Of a stretch of DNA of 33,052 bases, positions 8,156-17,653 are shown in pieces; position 1 is the stretch's first letter, and every line of letters begins with the position of its first letter. Made by a program: the position numbers and the translations under genes. The DNA is taken from the NCBI GenBank assembly GCA_046049585.1, contig JBJORD010000069.1, forward strand, positions 1 to 33,052, given 5' to 3'. The notes under the pieces are model-generated. The model was not told the origin of the DNA. It searched no databases and worked only from the letters and a program-made list of their open reading frames with translations. The stretch is from Candidatus Parcubacteria bacterium. GTDB lineage: Bacteria; Patescibacteriota; Minisyncoccia; Phycocordibacterales; UBA918.

Positions 8156-9018
8156 GTTCACTCTACATTTTCCTCAAAAACAATTTTCCTGGATTGTACA
8201 GCGTAGTACGAAATGCTCTTTTTCCTTTTATTGATAGTTTTCGAAATACAAAAAGAAAAAAGTTTCGTGAACCAACAACAAAAGCTGTACATGTATTAGG
8301 TGAGAATTTCAAAATTGCTCTTGATCCGGCAAATGGTTTTATTGACTCACACATTTTTATTACTGGAGCCTACGAATTGGATATATTGGCGGTAATGAAA
8401 CAGCATCTCAAACCAGATGGAGTCTTTGTTGATATTGGCGGTAATATCGGCTGGCATACTCTTTTTGCAGCCAGTGTCGTTGGCCATCAAGGACGAGTAC
8501 ACACTTTTGAACCGCTCCCCAAACTACAAATCCAGCTGACTAAAAGTATCGCCGAGAATAACTTTAGTAATATTATTACTCTCCATCCATTTGGGGTAAG
8601 TAGTGAAGTCAAAACACAGCGTATTTACCTCAATAAAAACAACATGGGCAATTCTAGTTTGTTCATTAATCACAAGGAGGAATATCTTGATATCGAACTT
8701 AAGCCAGCAGATACCATCCTGGAGTCATTACCACATATCGATTTTATTAAAATCGATACTGAGGGGTCAGAGTTGGAAGTTCTACAGGGATTACGTTCTA
8801 CTCTGATGACAAAGCGCCCAACTATGATTATCGAGTTCTCTCCAGCTTTCTGGGGTGAACACAAACTTGAGCGTAGTCGAGAATTTATGACTATCTTACG
8901 TGATAGTAATTACACTATTCGTGATATTGAATACGGACAAATTGAGATTACAGATGACGAAGCATGGCTCAAAGGATTTACAAAAGTCCAGACAAATCTC
9001 TTGTGTCTGCCGAACTAA
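8152..9018 (+). CDS. FkbM-family SAM-dependent methyltransferase
   Basis: Motifs are FVDIGGNIGWHT, VHTFEPLP and IDFIKIDTEGSELEVLQGL. An ATGA overlap joins it to the upstream gene. Confidence 0.8.
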   Translation: MSSLYIFLKNNFPGLYSVVRNALFPFIDSFRNTKRKKFREPTTKAVHVLGENFKIALDPANGFIDSHIFITGAYELDILAVMKQHLKPDGVFVDIGGNIGWHTLFAASVVGHQGRVHTFEPLPKLQIQLTKSIAENNFSNIITLHPFGVSSEVKTQRIYLNKNNMGNSSLFINHKEEYLDIELKPADTILESLPHIDFIKIDTEGSELEVLQGLRSTLMTKRPTMIIEFSPAFWGEHKLERSREFMTILRDSNYTIRDIEYGQIEITDDEAWLKGFTKVQTNLLCLPN

Positions 9019-9020
9019 AT

Positions 9021-9779
9021 ATGTGCATCTTTGTTATAAACTTAGAAAAAGACACTGCTCGTAGAGTGTTCATGGAAACACAACTACAATCGTTGGGGCT
9101 AACCTACGAATTTATATCTGCGACTAATGGATATAATTTATCTGATACTGAAGTGCAAAAAATATATGATCCAAAAGCAGCCTTTGCGATACATGGCCAT
9201 CATCTATCAAGAACACAAATTGCCTGTGCTGATTCCCATAGACGGGTATACGAGCTAATTAAAGAAAGAAAACTATCTTGGGCATTGGTGCTTGAGGATG
9301 ATGTCATATTAGACAGACGAATACTGACTGTGCTGAACCAGGAATTTATAGATACCAGTAATGCAGAATGGCTCCAGATTGATTATTTACCTTTTGATAT
9401 ATCGTTTCTAAAAGGCTGGTGGCGGGCTACGAAGGTACGCATTGGTCGACAACCATTATTCAGCTTCTATGCCTTGCTCAAATTTCCTATTTTGGTGTGC
9501 TGGGGATTATATGAATACGCTCGTGAACGGTGGGCGCAAAATTATACTCCCACCACAGCGCTATTCCCTCGTCCACTCTATTTGGCTAGTGCTTATATCA
9601 TTACAGCTACCGGTGTTGAGAAAATTCTACCTCTATGTACGCCAATTCGATATGCAGCTGATCAAGTTCAAAATAGAGCTCGAATACAAAGCGGTCTCTG
9701 TTTACGCGGTATAATTCCTTTATTAACAAAACAAGACCGTACACAATTTGCCTCAAACCTTTTATACGATAATCAATAA
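9021..9779 (+). CDS. Glycosyltransferase family 25 (LPS/LOS beta-glycosyltransferase-like)
   Basis: MCIFVINLEKDTARR...QIACADSHRRVYE...WALVLEDDVIL follows the GT25 pattern. The ATG at 9021 lies 2 nt after the upstream stop. The track start at 8964 would overlap the FkbM gene by 55 nt. Confidence 0.75.
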   Translation: MCIFVINLEKDTARRVFMETQLQSLGLTYEFISATNGYNLSDTEVQKIYDPKAAFAIHGHHLSRTQIACADSHRRVYELIKERKLSWALVLEDDVILDRRILTVLNQEFIDTSNAEWLQIDYLPFDISFLKGWWRATKVRIGRQPLFSFYALLKFPILVCWGLYEYARERWAQNYTPTTALFPRPLYLASAYIITATGVEKILPLCTPIRYAADQVQNRARIQSGLCLRGIIPLLTKQDRTQFASNLLYDNQ

Positions 9780-9782
9780 TGT

Positions 9783-10592
9783 ATGCCTCTACGAGTTCAC
9801 CTAAAACTTATCTTAAAAAAAATCCTACCTATCAGCCTATTTAGTTTGTTGGTAAAGATATGGCGTCTAACGTTCTCTCATTTTTTTAACTCTGATATTC
9901 ATACACTCTATACAAAACAATACATCAACCAACATGGCTACACCGTGACTGGTGGACCATTCACTCCTATGAATTATGTAGAAGATTCAGCAGGTAGCAC
10001 CTACTTGTTAAAACTGATTGGATGTTATGAAGCGGTACTTCATCCGACCATAGCCAAAATCAAGCAACGGTCATTTGACACTGTCATCGATATTGGTTGT
10101 GCAGAAGGTTATTATCTAGTTGGATTTGGCGCGCAGTTCCCTACGGCTACATTAATTGGCTACGATATCGATACAAGAGCTCTAACCTTAACAAAGGAGT
10201 TATCTACCAGAAATCACCTACTTAATACGTTGATTCTTGATACGGACTGTACTCACACCAAATTACAATCACAAATTACTGATTCTACACTTTTAATCTG
10301 TGACGCGGAGGGATTTGAAGCTACCATACTCAATCCCGAACTTTGTCCAAGATTGACTGCAGTTGATACTTATCTTATCGAAACACATGAATTTGCAGCC
10401 AAGGGTGTAGTAGCACTCTTGAAAAACCGATTATCCGCTACTCATGACATAGAAGTGATTACTTTCAGGATAGCTGACCCTTCACCGTATCCATTTTTGA
10501 TGAGCATCAAAAACAAAAATCACTTATATCAATTACTTCGTGAACGTGGCGAACAAGAACAACAATGGATTGTTGCCCACAAAAAATCCTAG
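9783..10592 (+). CDS. Class I SAM-dependent methyltransferase
   Basis: Motif I is VIDIGCAEGYYLVGF, followed by the acidic LIGYDID. Confidence 0.6.
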   Translation: MPLRVHLKLILKKILPISLFSLLVKIWRLTFSHFFNSDIHTLYTKQYINQHGYTVTGGPFTPMNYVEDSAGSTYLLKLIGCYEAVLHPTIAKIKQRSFDTVIDIGCAEGYYLVGFGAQFPTATLIGYDIDTRALTLTKELSTRNHLLNTLILDTDCTHTKLQSQITDSTLLICDAEGFEATILNPELCPRLTAVDTYLIETHEFAAKGVVALLKNRLSATHDIEVITFRIADPSPYPFLMSIKNKNHLYQLLRERGEQEQQWIVAHKKS

Positions 10593-11402
10593 TTACATGC
10601 CGGGATAGATGATGTGATCGATCCTTTCTTCAGTGTAAGCAACCTCAATACCTCTCCCAACATCGATTGATACAATATTCTTTTTAGTTAGCGTTAAAGC
10701 CAGAGCTTTAGAAGCCGGCCCACAAGCTAACAAGACAATTACATTAGATGTGACATGTCTATCTACCGCAGCGAGAATTTCCTCCAAGATAGTCCCGTAT
10801 TGTTCATACGTATTTTCATCAGGTGTGAGAATGTATTCTATCGCTGTAAAGGGAAAAAGCTTATTGTTTTTTAACGATGTGATCGTACCTTCACGAGTAA
10901 CCAAGATAAGTTGCTTTGTTTTAAAATACTCCTCAAAATATTTTGGTATTGTCTCGTTATAGTAAAATGCTGTAGCATCAAAATAATGGGCGTTTTTGTT
11001 GAAATACAAATTCCAATACACTTTCATTGGTAACCAACATGTAATAAGGTTGTCTTTTTTTAGCTGGGCATTTGATTTACTAATTGGAATTTTGTTCAAA
11101 CCAAGTAGATAAGGTGAGTCATCTGAATAATCATTCACAATTGATAACAGTGATTTTTGTAATCCTGGATAAAACTTTTGGTAGCTAATACTGCCACCAT
11201 TCATAATATAAATCTCTCCATCGCCAATCCGTATGAGTGACTTACCCGATTTCAACGCTTCCACCAACTCGTTAGTTTGATAATACTGAATGTTTAGTAA
11301 GTAGTCAGGATTAAAGTAATTTTTAACATAAGTACACAAGTAAAGTGGTCGTACGAAAAAATGACGGAGAATGTACCAAATTATTTTTCTTACTTTTAGC
11401 AT
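10593..11402 (-). CDS. GT-D fold glycosyltransferase (DUF1792 family), paralogue B
   Basis: It contains SLIRIGDGEIYIMNGG and VLLACGPASKALA...IDVGRG. Its stop codon directly abuts the stop of the convergent gene at 10590-10592. Confidence 0.7.
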   Translation of the reverse strand: MLKVRKIIWYILRHFFVRPLYLCTYVKNYFNPDYLLNIQYYQTNELVEALKSGKSLIRIGDGEIYIMNGGSISYQKFYPGLQKSLLSIVNDYSDDSPYLLGLNKIPISKSNAQLKKDNLITCWLPMKVYWNLYFNKNAHYFDATAFYYNETIPKYFEEYFKTKQLILVTREGTITSLKNNKLFPFTAIEYILTPDENTYEQYGTILEEILAAVDRHVTSNVIVLLACGPASKALALTLTKKNIVSIDVGRGIEVAYTEERIDHIIYPGM

Positions 11403-11437
11403 ACTTACTATTATAAACTAAGCAAATACAAATATAG

Positions 11438-12538
11438 TTACTTACTGATTTTGTCCAAAATAATATTTTTTAGATTATCAGTAGTAAATAACGATTCTAT
11501 GTGATTTCGAGCCTCTATACCAGCTCGCTCTAATATAGCTTTTGAATAAAAATGCTTAATTGCATTCGCTAGCTCATTAACATTTTTGGTCTTGAATATT
11601 AAACCAGTTTTGCCAGGTAATACATAGGTATTAGCCCCCACAGTATCACTAGTTACAGTGGGTACACCACATGCCATAGCTTCAGGAACTACCATACCAA
11701 TTGCTTCGTTATCACTGGCTAATACCAGTAGATCTATTGTGTCGTAGAGACGAGGTATTGTCTGACGATCAACGGGATCTCTGAAGGTAGTTAATTCTAA
11801 TACTCCATACTTTTTAGCTAGATTTTGTATGTAGGATAAACCATCTTGATTCCCCCTACCAATACAAGTCAGTGATATTTTCATACCTGTATCTTTGCAC
11901 ATTTGACAGGCTCGAAATACATCTTCATGTCGTTTGTATTCTACGTAGCGGGCATTGATTAATATGTGCAAAATACCATCGTTAAGATATTTTTTGTTTG
12001 AAGCCGGTTGAAAGTTACCAACATCAACTGGCGCTGGTAGTAAAATAGTAGGAATTGTGATACCCAATCTTTTGGTAAAAAGTATACCTTGTTCCGTAAA
12101 CACAAAAAAATTTTTGACTAATTTTTGTGTACATATGAGTATCGCTACAAAAACAAAAAAAGCTATCTTTGAAGTGAGTGTTGGCGGAATACGTTTACTT
12201 TCACTATATAAATGTACATTGGTATTTTTATGCCACACCCGAAACCATAGCACCTGTAGATACCACAATCGAATAAAGTCCAGTACGATAATATCATCAG
12301 GTTTGTCAGACTGGAGCGATTTTCCTAAACCTGTCATATACCAAGGTAACGAAGTTTCGCCTTTAAAAAAATTTTGTAAACCAAACACTTTTTTTGGTAG
12401 CGGCCTCATCGTCACCGCGTCTGCTAGAGGAACATTAAATGTACCATTTTCATAAACCACTACATGATGTGTGGGGGTAAGACTGTTAATGTATGGGACC
12501 ATCAAATCGTGCGCACCAACAAAAGCTACCGTTTTCAT
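11438..12538 (-). CDS. Glycosyltransferase family 4 (GT-B)
   Basis: It contains IGMVVPEAMACGVPTVTSDTVGANTYV (E-x7-E region). An ATGA overlap joins it to the upstream GT4. Confidence 0.8.
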   Translation of the reverse strand: MKTVAFVGAHDLMVPYINSLTPTHHVVVYENGTFNVPLADAVTMRPLPKKVFGLQNFFKGETSLPWYMTGLGKSLQSDKPDDIIVLDFIRLWYLQVLWFRVWHKNTNVHLYSESKRIPPTLTSKIAFFVFVAILICTQKLVKNFFVFTEQGILFTKRLGITIPTILLPAPVDVGNFQPASNKKYLNDGILHILINARYVEYKRHEDVFRACQMCKDTGMKISLTCIGRGNQDGLSYIQNLAKKYGVLELTTFRDPVDRQTIPRLYDTIDLLVLASDNEAIGMVVPEAMACGVPTVTSDTVGANTYVLPGKTGLIFKTKNVNELANAIKHFYSKAILERAGIEARNHIESLFTTDNLKNIILDKISK

Positions 12539-13707
12539 GAAGCACTATTCTTTAGTTTATTAATCAATAACACCATAGAACTAACGGCTCTATCAGTTGA
12601 AAAAAATCCTGACCGATCAATGAGATTTGTTGGGGGGAAGTTAATCTTGTTTTCTACAATCATATTAACCGCAGTGACAAACTCATTATACGAATCTTTG
12701 GTTTCTTGCCCACTATCATGTTTGTACAGATTACTAATCAGAAGACCGTACTTGGTAACCTGAGGATAGGAGCCTGGGATAGCAGATATGTCCATCACCT
12801 CTCTTGGTCCATATGGCACATCTGTACTGATAAGTGGCAGACCCATAGATAGCGCTTCTATAAGAGACACTCCGAGAGCTTCAGCCCGAGCAAGTGAAAC
12901 ATATATTGTTGCTTGTAACATGTAATCCTCAACATTAGTGACCATTCCAAAAAACCGAATCCGATCAGACATTCCCATAGACACTACCTTGCCTTCCAAC
13001 TGAGATCGCAAACTCCCATCTCCCAAAATCCATAATTCTCCTGGATAATTATTAAAATAAGTACAGCAATAATCAACTAATGTATCTATACCTCTAATTT
13101 TTTCTAAACGGGCAGCGGATATCAAAACGGGTTGTTGTTTGGCTCTCAGCACAGTTTTGTTTTGTACTGTATTTGTATGTCTTTGTGGCAATGGGTTATA
13201 GACAATTGCTATTTGCGTTTGCTTACTTGCTGCCATTGCAGAAACTTCATGTGCGACACCTTGTGACACACAAGCAAAACCGTCAGCAAAACGATATAGT
13301 AACTTTGTACCCACCATGTACCCACGATCACTAGCTGTCAATGCTTGATGCACATACACAATAACTGGCACAGTAATTACTCTGATTGCTTTTAAAAAAA
13401 GAACGATTAGAGTACTACCGTGAGTTGAGACTATGATGATATCTGGCCTTTGGTTTTTTATTATTTTAGAAAGAAATCGTAGTCGCTGGTAGATCTTTTT
13501 ACATTTATCGAGAAGACCCGTTGTAGTACGTTCACGCAAAGTGACATGATTATTACTCCAATCGGGACAAAAATCTTCTGGGTCATAAAATGACACCGTA
13601 TCTATCAGGAAACCATGTGCCACCAAACCTTTTGCGATAATTGGTACAATTTTTTCAATTGAACCTATACCAGATAAGCTTGGTTGTATAAAGGTAACCT
13701 TGGTCAT
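12535..13707 (-). CDS. Glycosyltransferase family 4 (GT-B)
   Basis: It contains LGVSLIEALSMGLPLISTDVPYGPREVM and ELWILGDGSLRSQLE. Confidence 0.8.
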   Translation of the reverse strand: MTKVTFIQPSLSGIGSIEKIVPIIAKGLVAHGFLIDTVSFYDPEDFCPDWSNNHVTLRERTTTGLLDKCKKIYQRLRFLSKIIKNQRPDIIIVSTHGSTLIVLFLKAIRVITVPVIVYVHQALTASDRGYMVGTKLLYRFADGFACVSQGVAHEVSAMAASKQTQIAIVYNPLPQRHTNTVQNKTVLRAKQQPVLISAARLEKIRGIDTLVDYCCTYFNNYPGELWILGDGSLRSQLEGKVVSMGMSDRIRFFGMVTNVEDYMLQATIYVSLARAEALGVSLIEALSMGLPLISTDVPYGPREVMDISAIPGSYPQVTKYGLLISNLYKHDSGQETKDSYNEFVTAVNMIVENKINFPPTNLIDRSGFFSTDRAVSSMVLLINKLKNSAS

Positions 13708-13713
13708 GTAAAA

Positions 13714-15477
13714 CTATTTCTTAGAAATTAGATAGTTTCCTAGGGCAAGATGAGGTAATCCAGATAAAGCAAAGGTGCGCAATGCATCAGTCGGATTCTC
13801 CACATTTGGTTCACCATGTAAATTGAAACTGGTATTGAGAATGCCTCCTACTCCAGTAATTTTTTCAAAAGCCTGAATGAGTGCGTGGTACTCTGGATTT
13901 GTTTCTTTTTGAACCATTTGTGGACGACTTGTTAGATCATATGGGTGTAACGCCGCAATGAGCTCTGTATGAGCTATAGGCTTAGTCTCAAATGTTATGG
14001 CCATAAAAGGAGCCAGGTAATCCTCGCAGTCAATCAAATAATCGTTACGTCTTTCATATAACATCGATGTTGCAAAAGGCATCCAAAAGTCTCTACCTTT
14101 GATCATTTCATTAATTAATTTCACATTATCACGAGACATTGGATTGGCTAGGATAGACCGGTTGCCGAGCGCTCTTGCTCCCCACTCAGAGCGACCCTTA
14201 AAACGCCCGACTACGCTATTTTGAGACAACAGCTCCGCAACTTTTTGTTCAATAGTTGTTGGACCGCTAGGATTACAGTATTGGATTACCCAATCCCCTT
14301 TTGAATCATAACTGTTAATTGCCTGATTAATCTGCTCATCATTAAATTCAGATCCGAGATAAATATTTTTTAGTGGCACCAGAGCTCTTAGATCACCGTT
14401 GTGTAGTTCACTATAACGAGCAACCACAGCTCCGATTGCCAAAGACTCATCACCACAAGATGGAGCCACTGTGAGCGAGGTGACTTCTGGCAATGCCCTG
14501 AGATATTGGTTAGCTTTCACATTCATAAATACACCTCCACCAATCGCCACATCTGAAATACCTGTTTTTTTGATTGCGGCTTTTGCCATGGTAAGAACTA
14601 GTTGCTCAGTCAACTTTTGAATGCCGTACGCCAGTGAATCAAACCGATACTGATAGAAACTTTGAGCAATCAAGTAAGGTGTTGCCTTATCAAGTGGAAT
14701 TTTTGACTCAAATTGTAGAGTGTCAGTATTAAACCATACCAACTCTTTTAGTTTTTGATACACCTTTTCCCCTGAACTAGCTTTGGCGTATGGTGCCAAT
14801 CCCATAACTTTAAACTCGTGTTCGTTACGAGCCATACCAAGAATATCAACCACAGCACAGTAGAGTAAACCGAGCGATGCACTCATCGGCGAGGTACTAA
14901 TTCGTTCTACTGTGCCATTTTTGAAGACACAAACACTACCAGCCAAACCATCACCTGCGCCATCTAGCGTGAGGATTAATCTCGGTTTTGTAACGTCATC
15001 ATAAAAAGGAACCGTGGCCCAGGCATGAGCTAAGTGGTGATCAATATAGGTAATTGTTGCTTCTGGAAACTCTGAGGCAATAAAATTTTCGACCTTTTTT
15101 GCACTTCCTTTTTGAACCGATTGTAAAAACCACCTATCACGTATCGCAAATAACTTACCCAACCAGGGAATAAACACTCCAAGTGAACGAGCGTAATAGT
15201 TTGCTTTCACTGGATTTTGGCGATGTGCAATATTGTCTTCAATTGTACTGAACCAATAAGGCTCCTTGTCTGTCCCTACAACAACCACTTCAAAGAATGA
15301 AGTTATTTTGTATTTATTCTTTATATAGGCAAGCGCCAAAAATGGGAAACCCTGATGCTTTTTTTGTCGACTGAGTCGCTCTTCAGACATTGCTTCTACA
15401 ACTACACCATTTTTTAACAAAACCACAGTTGCATCATGTCCACCGTGAATACCTAAGATGTAATTGTTGTTTTCCAT
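13714..15477 (-). CDS. Carbamoyltransferase, NodU/CmcH/TobZ family
   Basis: Motifs are ILGIHGGHDATVVLL, EERLSRQKKHQGFP, IDHHLAHAWA and the C-terminal LNTSFNLHGEPNV. Length is 587 aa. Confidence 0.85.
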   Translation of the reverse strand: MENNNYILGIHGGHDATVVLLKNGVVVEAMSEERLSRQKKHQGFPFLALAYIKNKYKITSFFEVVVVGTDKEPYWFSTIEDNIAHRQNPVKANYYARSLGVFIPWLGKLFAIRDRWFLQSVQKGSAKKVENFIASEFPEATITYIDHHLAHAWATVPFYDDVTKPRLILTLDGAGDGLAGSVCVFKNGTVERISTSPMSASLGLLYCAVVDILGMARNEHEFKVMGLAPYAKASSGEKVYQKLKELVWFNTDTLQFESKIPLDKATPYLIAQSFYQYRFDSLAYGIQKLTEQLVLTMAKAAIKKTGISDVAIGGGVFMNVKANQYLRALPEVTSLTVAPSCGDESLAIGAVVARYSELHNGDLRALVPLKNIYLGSEFNDEQINQAINSYDSKGDWVIQYCNPSGPTTIEQKVAELLSQNSVVGRFKGRSEWGARALGNRSILANPMSRDNVKLINEMIKGRDFWMPFATSMLYERRNDYLIDCEDYLAPFMAITFETKPIAHTELIAALHPYDLTSRPQMVQKETNPEYHALIQAFEKITGVGGILNTSFNLHGEPNVENPTDALRTFALSGLPHLALGNYLISKK

Positions 15478-15530
15478 ATTAGTGTCAGTTTATCACGAAA
15501 AATTTGGTTTTCATAAGTCCACTATTTTGC

Positions 15531-16430
15531 TTAAAAGACAATATGATTGTTCTCAGTAAAAAGATAATTAGTTGCTTCTGAGTTAAACTTTGTTACCAAA
15601 GTAACACTCTTTTTGACTTCATTAATGGCATATATAGAATAGTTAGCTGGTATGAGCGTACACACATTATTAAAGTTTTCTTCAGTTAGAAGTTCTATAA
15701 CAAACTGAACGTTTTTGGTAGCAAGAGTATTTTTCATTCCTGCTAAAACCAACATCTCCGCTTGCTCTACATCAATTTTACATAAGACTGTTTGTTCTGG
15801 TCGTCTATCAGACTTTTCAAGTACTGCATCTATTGTCGTCATAGAACAAGTAATCTCTCTGAGACTAGGACTATCGCCATACGCTGATTTGGCAAATTCT
15901 TTATCCAACGAAGCAATATCGGTCCAGCCTTCTTTTGGTATATACAAAGTTGACTCACCAACTACATCACCCACTAAAACAGGCATAACTTCGATTTTGT
16001 TTGGATAGTTTAACTCGACATTTACTCGTAACATATCCAAGACATCAGGTGCGGGCTCGAAAGCAAATACTTTGGCTCTGGTATTGGTGCTCGCTATAAG
16101 TGAGTAGACACCATTATTGGCACCAATATCTAAAATGATATCTGCTTCCAAAACTAGTTTTGACCACAACCGCAACTGAACAGCCTCCCAGTAGCCATAG
16201 ATACCAAACCAAAAAATAAAAATCTCAATTGGTGAGTTGTACGAGCGCATACGTAACAACTGCTTGTTGACATAAAAATCAACAATCCCGCGATACCCTA
16301 ATTTTTCTGCAAAACGGTAATAGGGAAATTTAAACCCAATGTTTCTTAACAATCGTTGTACTATCTCTGGTTTTAAGATTGGATAGATGATGTTAAAAAC
16401 ATATTCAATGACTGATTTAATGAATTTCAT
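15531..16430 (-). CDS. FkbM-family SAM-dependent methyltransferase
   Basis: Motifs are ILDIGANNGVYSL, VFAFEPAPDV and LCKIDVEQAEMLVLAGM. Confidence 0.75.
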   Translation of the reverse strand: MKFIKSVIEYVFNIIYPILKPEIVQRLLRNIGFKFPYYRFAEKLGYRGIVDFYVNKQLLRMRSYNSPIEIFIFWFGIYGYWEAVQLRLWSKLVLEADIILDIGANNGVYSLIASTNTRAKVFAFEPAPDVLDMLRVNVELNYPNKIEVMPVLVGDVVGESTLYIPKEGWTDIASLDKEFAKSAYGDSPSLREITCSMTTIDAVLEKSDRRPEQTVLCKIDVEQAEMLVLAGMKNTLATKNVQFVIELLTEENFNNVCTLIPANYSIYAINEVKKSVTLVTKFNSEATNYLFTENNHIVF

Positions 16431-16432
16431 AA

Positions 16433-17647
16433 CTAAAGATATTTATATAATACACAAAGAGCTAGGAGATTCATAATTATGGTTCGTATACATATTGCAT
16501 ACACTAAGCCCCAAATACCAAATAACGGAATGAGCCCAATATAGAGTAAGACTGTTAAAACAGGTTCACCGATACTGAGATAATACAAAACTGGTACATT
16601 CTTTTTGGCTGAAAAAATCTGCCAAACCAAAAAATACGGGATGAATCCTAAACCAAACATGAGAACTATTGAAATGCCATCAGCGTCAGTATATTGAGGT
16701 AAGAAGAATTCAAATATAAACGGTGCTGAAAAGGCGTATGCCACGCACACCAGTCCCAGTATAAGAGCACTGACCCAATATAACTTACGTACCACACGCA
16801 TCAAAGCGTTTTGCTCCATCGTGACATACCGGGGAAAAAAAGTACCTGATATGACAGAAACCACCCGAGCCACTTCCTGTGGCAGAACACTAGCAATCCA
16901 ATAAAGAGCTAGTGGGACTGGGCCAAAAAAGAAAAAGAGGATGTATTTATCTAACTGACTAATTACGGCACTAAACAAACTCATGACTGTTACATGCTTT
17001 GCATATGAGATCATTTTTGAATCAGAATCATTATTCGGGGGAATATGTTTGATGGAAATAGTGTATAAAACATATACCATGACACAATGTGCTATTAGGT
17101 AGGTAGCAACTAATGGTAGTAACGTTGGTGAAAAATATACTGAGATCGCTACTGCACCTGTAGTTACAACCCTATCTAACGACAAAAAAACGGCCGACAA
17201 CTTAAAAGACCGTACTCCCTGTAAGTAAGATCCATATAGGCCATACGCTTCTAACGGGGGTAGTAATAATGCACACAATATCAATGCCCAAAACAGGGAC
17301 TCAGACGGAGTATAAAATAAGTAATAAAGAGCAAGCAGAGTAAACAACAACGAACCGACTAAGCCAAAACGTAGTTTTTCTTTAAATGCCAAAAAGACCG
17401 ACCCGCTAGCACCAGCTGCAACCGACTGCATTAATGCTGTACTGATGCCATACAACGCAAACACACTGATAGTACTATATGCAGCCAAAACAAAGCGATA
17501 CTCTCCTACCACCTCTTTACTAACAAAGTTAGCTAAGATGTACGTCAACAAAAAAGCTGATACTGAAACAACAAACTGGCCTGATAACATCCAAATAGAA
17601 TGACTGGTTTCAGGTATGTTTTTTAGTTTGTTAATCAGATTAGCCAT
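16433..17647 (-). CDS. Polysaccharide flippase, Wzx/MOP-family-like polytopic membrane protein
   Basis: The 404-aa protein is almost entirely hydrophobic helices and sits at the head of the glycosyltransferase operon. The call rests on topology and context only. Confidence 0.65.
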   Translation of the reverse strand: MANLINKLKNIPETSHSIWMLSGQFVVSVSAFLLTYILANFVSKEVVGEYRFVLAAYSTISVFALYGISTALMQSVAAGASGSVFLAFKEKLRFGLVGSLLFTLLALYYLFYTPSESLFWALILCALLLPPLEAYGLYGSYLQGVRSFKLSAVFLSLDRVVTTGAVAISVYFSPTLLPLVATYLIAHCVMVYVLYTISIKHIPPNNDSDSKMISYAKHVTVMSLFSAVISQLDKYILFFFFGPVPLALYWIASVLPQEVARVVSVISGTFFPRYVTMEQNALMRVVRKLYWVSALILGLVCVAYAFSAPFIFEFFLPQYTDADGISIVLMFGLGFIPYFLVWQIFSAKKNVPVLYYLSIGEPVLTVLLYIGLIPLFGIWGLVYAICIRTIIMNLLALCVLYKYL

Positions 17648-17653
17648 TTGAAG

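Noticed and set aside
8964-9020. The upstream start (8964) for the GT25 gene
   Set aside because: It would overlap the FkbM gene by 55 nt and add a non-conserved 19-aa extension. The GT25 consensus begins at MCIFVINL (ATG at 9021).
7301-17653. The low-GC island as a mobile element (integrative element or transposon)
   Set aside because: No integrase, transposase or recombinase gene was found, and no flanking direct or inverted repeats or tRNA target. The pattern fits recombinational replacement of a polysaccharide cassette better than self-mobility.
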